A stretch of DNA of 64,000 nucleotides from the human T2T-CHM13v2.0 reference genome, Homo sapiens, in assembly GCF_009914755.1 (NCBI RefSeq), contig NC_060935.1. One strand, given 5' to 3'. Shown in pieces: positions 1 to 13,029 of the stretch. The position numbers and the translations under genes are program-made. How positions within the stretch are numbered: position 1 is the stretch's first letter; the number at the start of each line of letters is the position of its first letter. The notes under the pieces are model-generated. The model was not told where the DNA came from and did no database searches. It was given only the letters and a program-made list of their open reading frames with translations.

Positions 1-118
1 GTAGAGACGGGGTTTTACCATGTTGGCCAGGGTGGTCTCGAACTCCTGACCTCAAGTGATACACCTGCCTTGGCCTCCCAAAGTGCTGGAATTACAATTG
101 TGAGCCACCGCACCAGGC
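1..118 (-). mobile_element. AluS left arm (cut by window edge)
   Basis: Alu consensus, reverse orientation. Confidence 0.9.
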
Positions 119-234
119 CTTATGTGTGCTTTTTAAACACAAAGAGGCTTTCATTTAATCTGCAGTCACCATCATCATACTGTTCTCACCCAAAGCCTTT
201 GTGGTGACAAAAATCTACCTAGGAGTGAACTCAC

Positions 235-390
235 CTGTGAGCATAATCGTAAAATCCCAGCCACAGGCCACCTGTTGGATGGGACAGCCAAAGAGGGATT
301 TGCAGGGGGTAAAATATGGGATATCCTCTGTGTGACCAAGCCCCAGTTGCCCATCTTTGTTCAGGCCACAAACAAAGAGGTCTCCTCCAT
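235..390 (-). CDS. SERGEF: SERGEF exon 3 (156 nt)
   Basis: Acceptor TTTTGCAG|AT at 391-392; donor ACAG|GTGAGT at 233-234; encodes (D)GGDLFVCGLNKDGQLGLGHTED...GWDFTIMLT. Confidence 0.95.
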
Positions 391-3300
391 CTGCAAAATA
401 TAAAGGCATCAGTGATAGCGTGCACAGGAAAAAACACAACTGCAAAATGAACAAAAAGATTTCACTAATTATTTGGACTCTCAGACCAATAACTTTTTTT
501 GCCATCCAAGTTAATAAGCTGTGTATGTTCATGTATTCTGGAGCCAAACAACACAAGGCCAAGGGCCTCAAACTAATACCTACAGAGAAACTTCAAGTCT
601 TGGCGCAGTGGTCAATCAATCACCAAACTGAGCATCTACTGGAACAAAAAGCCAACAACATTTATTCAACATTGAGAACGTGCCAGGTACTGTTTTAAGA
701 GCTTTTTGTGCAGAGCGGACTTATCCTTTAGGCACAGTGTCTAGGGCCCACAATGCTTTCAGAGGCCCACAGAGTGGCTTAATTTTTAGTTATTTTTAAA
801 TGAGAAAAAGATAATATAGTAACAATGCATATATAACACTAAATCTGGAGTGGATTCTATTAATATCCATCTTTATACCAACACAGTTGTAAAATATAAT
901 TTTTTTCTTTACAAAGGAAGAGGTCCATAAAGGGAAAAGCACCAACGACCCATGACAGTCGGAATGGAGCCCTGCTAACTCACTGGTTCTCTTCACCCAC
1001 CATTATTATCCTCATGTAACAGATTCAGAAACTGTGGCTATTTGCCCAAGGCCACATAGATAATAAGTCACAGAACCAGGATCTGAACCCAGAGATTTGA
1101 TTCCAGAGCTCATGTTCTCAACCAGATGCAATATGCCCCCCTTTACAACATTGTAGCACTTGTACTACTTGTTAAGTGCTATCCTAGATACAGTAAGGGA
1201 AGATTAAGGGGAACACACAGTTTTTGCTCTCAAGGAATATCCAATCTAATTACAAAGACTTCTAATTCCTATGGTGTAAAATATACATTGTAACTCTGCC
1301 ACTACTTTGCCTTGTGATGTTAAGCAATCAGTGTTCCTTTCTGAGTTTCATTTGTATAATGGAGGGGGTGGCCTAGAAGATCTCTGAAGTCCTTCTAGCC
1401 CTGAAAATCTAGGATCTTCTGATGGTAATTTGGCTCTTTCACAAAAATGTTTCACAAAAATACATTATTTTCCTCTGCAAAATACAAAAGGCTGAAAGAT
1501 GGCAATATCATATCCAGGGGAAAACGTCTAAATAAGAAAATGAGTGACTATCTACTTTTGAAGGAAATTACCTGTGACAACTGCAGAGTGGCCCCCTCCT
1601 CCTGTGATCCTCCTGACACTCCTGGGTTTACAGAAGTCATTCAGTTGCTGGGGCAACAGCACATCTTCCTTATGGCCGAGGCCAAGTTGCCCATAGCTAT
1701 TTGCACCCTAGGGATGAATAAGCCAAGGATGAAAAAGTGTGGGAACCACAACTGTCAATGTCTATTTACCTGTCTCTGTCTCTCTCACCCTGACGTATCT
1801 CTCAGACCCTGTAACAGATGAGATTTATTAGGCTCATTCTTTTTTAAAAAAAAATTTTTAGCTCCTTCACGGCAAATACTCACAGCACTGTTTATTCAAA
1901 TATATAATAACAAGCACCAGAAAACAACAGGTAACACTGTCTCCCCACCCCTGATCTGTAATCCCATTAGAAAGAGACTCATGACCATAACAGTGGAGGA
2001 AATTCATGTCCAGGAAAGTTCCTAGGTAGGCACCCTGGCAGGCTTAATTTACTGGGGCAAAGGACAAATGCCCTGCTTGGCCTCCTGCAGCAGCTGAAGA
2101 AACCACACTTTTTTCTACCTCAGGCCCCAGAAGGCAAAGCAGCAATGCTAGCCATGGCTGAAGGGGACATGAGTCCTATGAGGTCCTTGGCCTAGCCCAA
2201 CCCTCTGGAGGTAATGGGGTAAAATGGCCTTTCCTCTTAGAATGGCCAGGAAAAGAGAGGCCATCTCCTAAATCAAGGTTCTTCTGACTGAGAACAAGAC
2301 AGCCTCTTGAGGAGGAGGGGCTTCTCTTCTCTAGAGAGAGTTCTGGGCTACGAGTCGTTGGCAGGTGTATCTCGTATCTCTCCTTACCCCCTCCTCCTGC
2401 ACCCATGCCACCTCACTGCTTTCCCTAGCTGAACTTCAGCCCCCAAATGAGAACACTATCCAGCGTGTTTCAAATAAATTATAAATATGGACACAGAATC
2501 CAAACAAAGTTCCAGGAGAAGCTGCTCACAGACCCCTACAGGGTCCAACCTGAAGAAAAATGAAGGTCATTCCTTTGTTATCTGTGTCTCTGGAGCTGTG
2601 GGCAAAACTGTCTCCCCTTGTCCTTGAGTAACCACGGGAACAGCTCAGGACAGAGAGAGTTTCAGACTTAGAAACACTCTTACCCCATCTCCTTTCTTCC
2701 CTCCTCAAATCCCTTCCCCAAAATCTGAAAAGAAAAATAATAATAATTCGCTCACCAGAAGGACTCTGGAGCATTTGGGAATGTAAATCTTACCCTTCCT
2801 TTGTCAAGTGGGAAACTGACCAAAGAGGAAATGACCTGTTAGGCTCATTCTTAACGGCTGTTATATGCTCCCATATTTAGATGGAGGCCCCATCCTCAGA
2901 ACACCATGATTTCGATATGAGAAGAGTCCTAGGCATCCACAACTCAGCCAGTAATATTCCTCATCTTTCCCTTCTTATGCTCCAGCCCCCAGGTACTGCC
3001 TTTTGGAGACAGCACAGGGGTTCCTTCTGATAAAAGCTAACTACCTAGGGAAGCTAAGGAAAGAAAAAAATGAGAGAGAAATGGCATCAAAATGGGAGGG
3101 CAACATCCTGGAATTAGTTCTTGTTTCTCCTCCCCACACCCATGATGGGAAAACCAACAATGACTCTGGAATCAAAGCTGGCTAAGGATTTCGTGCCTTA
3201 AAGCAAGGCACGTCATTATTTCATTTGTACAGTGAAAGAGGCTGGCAATGATCTCTAAAGCCCTTTCCAAGTACAGTGCTATGTGACTCCAAGATTCACA

Positions 3301-4761
3301 TGGTGAGATTCCAGTAAGGGGACAGATTTCCCCTTGACAGGCAATATGTCTATTATTATTATTATTATACAAAAAAGGTCCATAATCCCTAATCTGAAAT
3401 GCTTACAGTCAGATGTATTTCAGATTCAGAATTTTACAGCTTTTAGAAAAGTAATACAGTACATATGTCATATATACTGATGCAAGGTCCAGGGACAGCA
3501 GCCCATAAGCAAAACAATAATATTTCTGCATTACAAAGTACAAATATTCATAAGAAGTGGCCAAAGACTATAAATGGCCTTATGTCCAGTAAGTTTTGGG
3601 TTTTCAGAGCTTTTTGTATTCAGAATTGAAGACAAGGGATTGTGGACCTGCAGAGAGAATCTTACTAAGATTTCAGAAATCTTTATAATTTATTCAAGTA
3701 CCTACTCCTAGCTGGTTCTTCCTGGAGATGAGAAGTAAAATCTTTTAAATATGTTTGTTTTTGAAGACACCTGAATGAGGAAAGGTGATGTAAAATAATT
3801 ACAACAAATACATATATACATACTTACATACATACATACATAATCCTTCCCCTTGTAGTCTATTTCACAGCCATCCTGGGCTGCAAGGACTCAAAGATGG
3901 AAGAGTAAGCCATAGCAGGGGCATAAGTCCCAGAAGCCCACAGGGGGCAATATTAGCTACCAATTACTGAGTGCTTCTCTCCATACTGTGCATTCACCTT
4001 TAATCCTCACAACAACTAAGAAGGACATTATTACTCCCATTTCACAGAGGAAGAAACTAAGGCTCAGAGAGGTTAAGTAACTTTCCATAGTTATATCTGG
4101 GTAGGCAAAAAGTCTGATGCCCTGCACCTTTTACTATACCTTACTGTGTCTCTTAGAAAAAATAAAAAAAGGACATACAGTGAAGCAGCCCAGAGCTTAC
4201 CTGACAGGTGGTTAACTGTATGACTTTATCTAAAAGAGCATCCCCATATCACTCATTTTCTGCTTTATTTTTCTTCATGCCACTTCTTGATGTTACATTA
4301 TATATGACTACTTGTTTACTGTACACCACCCCTGCCAGAAACTAAACTCCAGGAGGGCAGGAACTCTGCTTTGCTCACTGCTGTTTCCCCTGCATCTGAA
4401 ACTGTGCTGGCCCAAAGAAGATGTACATATATTTATATGGCGAATGAATGTAAGACCCTATGAAAGACTTGCTCAGCATGAAGGGGAATATAGAGCATAT
4501 ATGCACAGGATTTCTTGGTCAGCCCTGAGATCTCCGTGGCTGTCCCATTACCAGGGGTGCAAGGCTGCTGAACACCTGGGAGAAAAGTAACATGACACAT
4601 GGGCACTCTGAGGTTCAAATTGCGGTACCAATTTTTGTAACACTGTGAGAGGCCCTAAATCCAGGATAAAGCAAGACGAAGGGAAATTTAACACAACCTA
4701 TTACAACTGTTGTTTGCCTTTCTTCCTCACAAACACTCCAGACATATCACACGTGCACATG

Positions 4762-4800
<39 letters not shown>

Positions 4801-6641
4801 CTAACAAGGTAAATCCCCTTCCTGTGAACCGAACTTTATTCCCCCAAAATTCACGTGTTGAAGCCCTAACCTTTAGTACCTTACTGTATTTGGAAAGAAG
4901 GCCTTTAAAGGGGCAATTAAGGTTAAATGAGGTCATAAGGGTGGGGCCCTAATCCAATATGACTGGTGTCCTTAAAAGAAGAGACACCACGGATGCTCAC
5001 GCACACAGAAAAGGCCATGTGAGGACACAGTGAAAAAAGCCATGTGAGGACACAGTGAGAAGGCGGCCATCTGCAAGCCAGAGAGAGGCCTCGGGAGAAA
5101 CCAAACCTACTCACACCTTGATCTTGGCCTTCTAGCCTCTGGAACTGTGAGAAAATAAATTTCTGTTGTTTAAGCCTCTGTTGTGTGGTATTTTGTTATG
5201 GTAGCCCTAGCCGACCAACACACCCCCACAGTTTCAGATTATACAGCAGGAAAAACACACTACCAGTCCTCCAAACACAGCAGAAGGGTGTCAACAACCT
5301 ATTAAACATATTTTACAACCTTTAATATTCGGCTTTGTCTGTACTGAAACAATATTTCTGTTTCCTCTGTCCACACAGACGCCAGTCTCCTGCCTGGAAA
5401 AAGCCAGAGACAGCACACATTCAATCCCCAACTCCACCCCCAGCTCCCGGGCCACCTCAAAGACGCCCAGCCAGCCAGACTACCGCAGGTCACGCCATGC
5501 TCTCCCTCCTGCCAAATTGCAGCCCCACATTCAACAATTGCCGCCTTGTACTGATCATTACTTCTTTAAAAATTGGACAACTAATACTGATTTTAACAGC
5601 AATACAGGTTATAATTTTGCTCTCCCCCAACACAAGAGCTGGAAGTCCTTCACTCGTGTATTTCACTCATGTGTATTTCCCCAACACCAGCACATGGGTA
5701 GGCACACAGATGCTCGTTCATTCATTCGTCAACGAGTATTTACTGGGGACCTACAATGTGCCAGACACCAAGAGAGGCACCGTGAACAAGACAGGCACAG
5801 CACCCACTCTTACCACACTTACTTTCCAGCCAGAGAGACTGACGTTAATAATAAATTATACACATCATTACAATTGTGATACGTGCTATGAAGAAGCACA
5901 AGACGCAGCGACTGCTTGTTCCCGTGCATGCTGGTCGGCCACCTGCCACGCTCCTGTGCATGAACCCTCCTCTCTCCCAGACACACATCAAGATGACCCT
6001 GTCTCTCCCAATGCTCCCGTCAAACCAACAGCAGCCCAACTCCCCCAACACATGCAAGAACCGGTCACAGCAGAGTGTCAGCAAATAGGCAGGGTCTGTG
6101 CCTTGTGCGCGGCCAAACACCGCAGGCCTCACATCTAAAGGATGCTTTCGCCAGGCTGGGACAGGGTCTCCCTCCTCCAGGCATCAGGAGTGTGGGGGGC
6201 ACAGGTGGCCCCACGGAGCTCTGGGACCGGGCGATCCTCTCCACCGAGCCCTCCGCGCTGTCTTCCAGGCGCTATTCGGGCTGGAGGGCTCTCGCGGAAC
6301 CAGACGCTCTGCCCCGAGGCAGGTTCTTCCCGCGGCGCCACAGCCCCTCCGGCCCTGACCCCGCCAGCCGGCAGGCCCCTAAGTCGACCGCGAAGACCCT
6401 TCCTTCCCCGCCCGCCCGCTCCTCCTCCGCTCCCCCTCCGCTCCCAGCCCAGGATCCTTCAACCCAGAGCCCGGCTCGGACCTCAGCCGCCCAGCCCCTG
6501 AACTGCCCACGCCGCGGCCAGCAGCTCCCACATCTCGGCGCCCCTCAGGGCCTGCACCGGCCCGGGGGCGGAGTCACGTACCCAGGCGAAGAGCGCGGCC
6601 GCCGCGGGGGCGGCCTCCGAGGCGCTGGGCTCGCGCTCCAT
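235..6641 (-). CDS. SERGEF: SERGEF (secretion regulating guanine nucleotide exchange factor, RCC1-repeat protein), 5' part of spliced CDS: join of 6582-6641, 1572-1707, 235-390; gene continues beyond window start
   Basis: Spliced translation MEREPSASEAAPAAAALFAW-GANSYGQLGLGHKEDVLLPQQLNDFCKPRSVRRITGGGGHSAVVT-DGGDLFVCGLNKDGQLGLGHTEDIPYFTPCKSLFGCPIQQVACGWDFTIMLT. RCC1 GQLGLG motifs; GT-AG junctions; phases consistent. Confidence 0.96.
1572..1707 (-). CDS. SERGEF: SERGEF exon 2 (136 nt)
   Basis: Acceptor CCCTAG|GGT; donor ACAG|GTAATT; encodes GANSYGQLGLGHKEDVLLPQQLNDFCKPRSVRRITGGGGHSAVVT. Confidence 0.95.
3376..3650. mobile_element. Tigger-type MITE (MER46C-like)
   Basis: Terminal inverted repeats AGGTCCATAATCCCT / AGGGATTGTGGACCT. 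Confidence 0.65.
4757..4798. repeat. (CA)n microsatellite
   Basis: Direct reading. Confidence 0.95.
4825..5215 (+). mobile_element. MaLR MLT1-type solo LTR
   Basis: CCCCCAAAATTCACGTGTTGAAGCCCTAA...GGCCATGTGAGGACACAG...AATAAATTTCTGTTGTTTAAGCC. Confidence 0.85.
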
Positions 6642-7360
6642 GCGAGGACGCTCCGCCGGCGCTTCCGGGAGGGACCGCACGGGGGCGGGGCCTGCCGGGG
6701 GTAGGTGAGCGCCGGAGCCGGACCGGGGACGCGTGATGGGTAGGGCGCGGGGCGGGGTCTGTGGTGGGAAGCGGCCCGCGGGCCGGGAGAGAGGGTGCGG
6801 CCGGGCCCTCGGGCCACTGGGGATCAGTGGTGGGCGGGGCCGGACGACAGCCCCGGAGCCGCCTCCCAGTCAGCCCGCCCCGGCGGCGCTCGCAGCGTCT
6901 CCGCCCGCAGCCTCCTGTCTCGCTGGGCCTCTCAGCCTCTCGCTCCTACCCCCTCGTACTCTTTATTTTTAGTCATAATTTCATGTTTCATGCAGGTGCA
7001 CTGCGCGCCACAGTTCACAAAGCTCCTTCGCGTTTTTGTCTCCTTGGAGGCCCACGACAGCCCAGAGGGGCTGACAGGGCAGCGATGGCATCACCATTTG
7101 CGGGAACAGGAAATGGAGCCTGAGGGGTAGGGCAGGGTCCTGCCCGGCGTCTCAGGCGCAATTGTCTTGAGCCCGCTTTGGTGTGCGTTCGCAAACATCT
7201 GAGGGGGCGCCTTGGGAGGCGAGTGGAGTGGCACGTCGCCGGTGTCGCCCTCTGCACCTGGCACGGAGCGGGAACCCGCGCCTCGCGACGCTGAATGGGG
7301 GAGGCTGGTTAGCGTCGACTCCTGCCGGGGCAGCCTCGGCGCTCCGGGCACGGCCCTGAG
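6100..7360. promoter_or_regulatory. CpG island / TATA-less promoter of SERGEF
   Basis: Very GC- and CpG-rich; GC boxes (GGGCGGGG near 6683 and 6750) and an ETS-type CTTCCGG at 6662 just upstream of the ATG. Confidence 0.9.
6582..6641 (-). CDS. SERGEF: SERGEF exon 1 coding part (60 nt)
   Basis: ATG at 6641-6639; MEREPSASEAAPAAAALFAW then donor TGG|GTACGT; lies in a CpG island. Confidence 0.95.
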
Positions 7361-8862
7361 CTCATTCTATTAATAATACTGGATAATCGTCACCCAACGA
7401 ACATTTCCATATAAAATGGCTTTTCTCAGACAGCGTCGTGTTGCTGATGGGAGTTAATTAAGTTCAATTTATCTGAAGGAAAATATGGCACCGCGTACCG
7501 GGAATACAGAACACATAGGGTCACATTAAAGATGATCATCCACATTCACATTCGGTAGCACTTGGCCCCTCTGCTGACACGGGCCTCCAGCACTCACTGC
7601 CCTTCACCCCTGGGCTTCTGGGAAGTGTCTCCAATGAGCTCTTACACTGTCCTTTCCTGTTCTTTCACTCCATCCACTTTTAGGAGTTTCTGCCTGTAAG
7701 ACCACTTGAGGGCAGCCCCTCACCTTTATCTCTCCAACCTGTGGCATCTGGAGAACGTCGATGACCATACCAAGAAAAAAGCAAACTTTGGAGAGATAAA
7801 ACAGCTCTTCATTCTCTAGGGATCTGAATGTGCAGGAGCTATACCATGCTTACTGACTGTCTTATGAGTGGGCTTTTTTGTGCTGACCATTTCTTTGAAG
7901 CATGTGTAACAGGATGTAAAAATGGGATCCTTCACCGCTCAGTTTTGGCTGAGCAACAAGTGCCAGTTACTCCTATATCATAAAGTAAGGTTCAAGACCA
8001 CCAAAGCAGGTCTTGCAAAGCAACTGTCTAGAAACCAGTGTATGACTTTCAGTCTACGAAAAAGGTTGAGAGGCCAGAGAGAATTCTAGTAGGATATGTG
8101 GCCACAATTATCAATGTGGTGTGGGTCTCAACCCATCTCAGGTCTAAGGAAAGTTACTTTACCTGGGTCCCTGAGAGAGCTTGGTATGCATCCCTCTAGA
8201 TTTAGGACCCAGACAGGCTTCTGTCCAATCCGTTCTGAGAAATACAAGGGCTTGTGGCTGGATATCTGCTCTAATAGCTGAGCAAAGACAAACTGATGCT
8301 TTGGGGAGGTCTTTCACACCCACAGTTTTTCAAAATAAAAACTGTCCATTTCCCATGTGAGTATTTCCCATACCTGAGCAAACTGGCTGGGGGATGGTCT
8401 TAGACCTTGTCCAAGAGAATTTCTGGAAGGGTGAAGTGACACCCACAGGACAGTCGATCACTAGATTCCTTGAGGGTGAGGGAAATGAATTTAACAGCCC
8501 AGAGAGATACATTTACCTACATCAAGAAATCCCAAGAAATAAGAAGGTGGGAAGGTCTTCCAAAATGCCCACAAGAAAATGTCAGCATGTAATATTTACA
8601 AAGTACAGAAAGCACTGATGACAATTCACAACAGTATCAGACCAAAAAGAACTTTTCTCCTCCTTACCTCTCCTCCCCTCTACATCTCCCCAACCCTGGA
8701 GGAGTCCCAGGCATCCACTGAGTAACAAGAGACAAGGAAATTAAGAAACTAAGCACACCCACTCCTTTCTCAGTTCTGGAGGAGGAAAAAAGCTTCAACC
8801 TTAAAGTTTGTTTTATCAAAGTTTTTCCACAGGACTAGCCTTTTTAAATATTGAAATGAGAA

Positions 8863-8874
8863 AGAGAGAGAGAG

Positions 8875-8934
<60 letters not shown>
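8863..8934. repeat. Compound microsatellite (AG)8(TG)17(AG)11
   Basis: Direct reading. Confidence 0.97.
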
Positions 8935-8935
<1 letters not shown>

Positions 8936-9465
8936 AATGGAAATTAGGAGCTAAGGACTTTTTATTACCTGTGAGCAAGCAGAAAGTCAGGCAGCAACCT
9001 GAGATTTCATCCAGAAGGGCAAGGAAGAACTACCTACAGAGCCAGTTTTAATAGAGAGAAGGTCTGGGAGAATATAGTTGTTTTCTGACTCCACCCCTTG
9101 AATGTACAAGCATCAATATTTTAACTAACCTACAGTTATATTATCATGTCATATCCCTTAATACAATTTATTGGAAGTGTTGAGATGTTGCAACTATTTC
9201 AACTATGTACTCGCCACTGCCTAGTTCTTCCCATGAGCAGCCTGGCTGAATTGCAGTTCTTGAATGGGACTAGATTTAAACCATCTAATGGCTTCACTTT
9301 CAGATGGCTTATCTCCCCAAAAGAGGAAAGTATAAAGTATTTGAGAACATACAGATTGCATCTCTGTACCATGAAGGTTAGGAAATTTTTTCCCGTTGGA
9401 TTATTTTTTGTGATCATCCCAATAATACTAGTATGATAAGTGCTGTTAGGATTATTATTTTATCT

Positions 9466-9627
9466 TATTTTGTTTTTTTGAGGCAGGGTCTCCCTCTGTT
9501 GCCCAGGCTGGAGTGCAGGTGGCATGATAATGGCTCACTGCAGCCTCTACCTCCTGGGCTCAAGTGATCCTCCTGCCTCAGCCTCCCAAGTAGCTAGGGC
9601 TACAGGTGTGAGCCACCTTGCCTGGCC
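9466..9627 (-). mobile_element. Alu monomer (FRAM/FAM-like)
   Basis: Single arm with TSD-like AGGAT(T/C)ATT flanks. Confidence 0.8.
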
Positions 9628-10414
9628 AGGATCATTGTTTTATAGATGAGAAAACTGAGGCTCAAAGTAGTTATTTACTTCAAGGTCAGTTTTCTACTTT
9701 TGATAAAGGAAAATTAGCTAGCTGCATACCTATTCTCTCATAAAAAAACAACTAGAAAATTTGACAAAATATTTTTAAAATATATTTCAAGTTATTGGAG
9801 AGCTATCAAAGCAGGAAGAACTTGAAGGGCCAAGATCTGGAAGCTGAGAGATTATATTTGGCACTACTTTTCTGCTTGAAGCACTTGCTAATTACTAAGC
9901 AATGTCTTGGAGGCTAAGAAACTGGGCTGAAATCAACAACTAAGAAGCTGAGCAGTACCTTTAGCAATCTCATAGGGTAGGGATGGGAGGAGGGAATGGT
10001 GGACATGAAGGAGGGGACAAAAGTAGTAGTCCAGAGCCCCCAAGGAGAAGCCCTGGTACACACTCATAGTTTTCTCTTGAGATCCCTAAAGGGCTACACC
10101 CTAAAAGTCAAGGTGAACTGGAAATAGACCAGCCCTCACAAAGACTGAAGCTCAACTTCTCTTTGGCTCAATCCCTAATTGGACTAAGACTTTACCATGC
10201 CATTATATACTGCCTACTAGAAGCAAAAATTAATACCCTCTTGTGGAAGATAAAATCATCTAGAAGCTAAGGGGGAATATCTGTTAAGAGAGTGATTGTA
10301 TTAGTAATTCTTTACATGTGGAAAATGAGTTTTTTTTTTTTACAAAGTCCTCTTGCAGCATAACTTCTCCAATAATCTAGTGTAGTAGACTTAGTTCATT
10401 TTACAGATGAGGAG

Positions 10415-10979
10415 TGTAAACCAAAAATAAAATTCTAAGGCCCCCCCCAACCATCTGAATGGACTTTCTTCTAGGCCAGGGCACTCTAAAATGTAACCCG
10501 AAACACTGATTCAGGCCATGACTGGAAGTGGGGTCACGCACATGCCTCCTTATACCTCTCCAGCATTAACATCAACACAGACCTTAAGTCTGATAAGAAA
10601 AATTGACAGTCTGTTCTCTTGGAAGCCTGCCATCTGGAGGCTTCATCTGCATGATAAAACTCTGGTCTCCACAAACTCATACAGCAACCCAGACATTCCT
10701 TTCTATGAATTGCCAATTAGAAAAATTTTAAAACTACCTATAATCTGGAAACCTCCCACCCAACACTTTGAATTATCCCAGCTTTCTGGACTGAGCCAGT
10801 GTATCTTATAAATGTATTTGACTGAAGTCTCATGTCTCCCTAAAATGTATAAAACCAAGCTGTACCCTGACTACCTTGGGCACATGTTCTCAGGGTCTCC
10901 TAAGGGCTGTGTCATGGGCCATGGTCACTCATATTTGGCTCTTCAAATACTTTACTGTGTTTGACTCTTTTCGTTGACA
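10415..10979 (+). mobile_element. ERV1 MER4-group solo LTR
   Basis: TGTAAACCAAAAATAAAATTCTAAGGCCCCC...TTTTCGTTGACA with TG..CA ends; 4-bp TSD GGAG/GGAA; inserted into a MIR. Confidence 0.85.
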
Positions 10980-11193
10980 GGAACATAACACAGACTTTAC
11001 GAAGAACTCTGAAAAGTGGTTACCAGGTTCCAGATATGTTTGGCTTCTATCTCATATCCATAGGCTTTTTAAGAAGTATAAAGATACAATGGATTTCCTA
11101 AACTAATAAAATTGCTAATGTAAGTTTAAATAAATTTTTAACGTATGTTTGAAAAAAAGTAAACATTGGTTGAGAACATAAATTTTGTGTTCA

Positions 11194-11199
11194 TTTATT
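11194..11199 (-). terminator. TPH1: Probable distal polyadenylation signal (AATAAA) of TPH1 long 3' UTR
   Basis: TTTATT on plus strand, followed on the minus strand by a T-rich downstream element; other AATAAA hexamers near 12814 and 12887. Confidence 0.6.
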
Positions 11200-11559
11200 A
11201 TCCCACTGAATAACAAACTTGTAAATCATAAATATATATTACATAGTAAAACAAAGATTAGACCAAAATAGACCATAGTACCTTAAACACTTCCTATGAA
11301 TTAACATATGGACTCTATCATATGTTCCTTTAGAGAATTCAGGATTTTTTTCTTTTTTGAATTTGGAAGCCAACTTAAAAGCTAACAATAATTATTTACA
11401 TTTTGGTGTGTCATTACTACTTGTATAACTCCAAATGACAGAATATGTAGATAAAGAAATGTAGGTATTCTGAAGACCAGCTTTTGAGCATCCTTAAGAA
11501 GTCATGAAGATATTAACTATGTCTTTGAATAATGATTTACTGATTAAGAATTATTAACC

Positions 11560-11805
11560 GGCTGGGCATGGTGGCTCATGCTTGTAATCCCAGCACTTTG
11601 GGAGGCCGAGGCGGATGGATCACCTGCAGTCAGAAGTTCGAGACCAGCCTGGCCAACATGGCGAAACCCCATCTCTACTAAAAAAACAAAAATTAGCGGG
11701 GCATGGTGAAGCACGCCTGCAGTCCCAGGTTGCAGCGAGCTGAAATCACGCAACTGCGCTCCAGCCTGGGCAACAGAGTGAGACTCTGTCTCAAAAAAAA
11801 AAAAA
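11560..11805 (+). mobile_element. AluS with internal right-arm deletion (in TPH1 3' UTR)
   Basis: Alu consensus with poly-A; AGTCCCAG joined directly to GTTGCAG. Confidence 0.9.
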
Positions 11806-11997
11806 TTATAAACGAAGCTTTTAGTTCAATTCTGTTCTCACATTTGGGTAACTATTTACATATTCCTAGGTGCTTTGAAGACATATATTTAAAATGCATG
11901 AAAATTCTAAGACTCTCAGGACTCCTGATTTACCAAATATTACAAATACCCAGAGGTGAGAAGAACTGAAATCCATCATTAAAAATTTCCAATGTTT

Positions 11998-12367
<370 letters not shown>

Positions 12368-13029
12368 TTATTCTCATGTGCTTTAGTCATAGAGTGATTT
12401 TAAACATCATCATTTTAAAATTCAATAAGTATGATTCTTCACCGTTATCAAAGTTGTATGAAAATAACCATATATAGTATGCATAATTTGTGTTATTTGC
12501 TATCTATTTTTTAATTTCCTTTTTCTACATGTTCTAAGATTTGCTTTTTTTAATTTCTTTTTTTCTACATGTTCTAAGATTTGCTATCTATTATGATTTG
12601 CTTACAGTAGATTTCCTTGCAACCAAACTATAAATCAGATAATCAATATTTCAAATGATTCCAGATTAGCTAGCATCTATTTACCATCAAATGTATACTT
12701 AAGAGTTGATTAGCTATTAAAATGTACAATGTAAAAATTTAAAACAGCATGAATTATTCTTCAAAATTCTATTTCCTTATATAATATGACATGAAATACA
12801 AAGTTTTTAATAATTTATTTTGAGGACTAAGAAGTGTTAAAAGATCTATTAGTCTGTTGAAATAAAACACATTAAATGGTATACAATTTATTTATGTGAA
12901 GAAAAAGCCTATTTTTAAGTAGCTGACTAAACCTAAAAATGATTGAAAATACGATGTTTAATATACCATTAATGGAAATTAAATTACTGGGAAAGGAAGC
13001 TGATGGACTGTGATATTCAAGTGATTCTG

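Noticed and set aside
1447-1821. 124-aa plus-strand ORF overlapping SERGEF exon 2
   Set aside because: Antisense shadow of a coding exon.
5335-6138. 267-aa plus-strand ORF antisense in SERGEF intron 1
   Set aside because: Non-ATG start, runs through an L2/MIR-like relic, no recognisable domain; most likely a chance ORF.
6075-7351. Several overlapping 65-209 aa ORFs in the CpG island
   Set aside because: Stop-codon depletion in GC-rich DNA; Pro/Ala/Arg/Gly-rich with no domain. Only the SERGEF exon 1 frame is supported.
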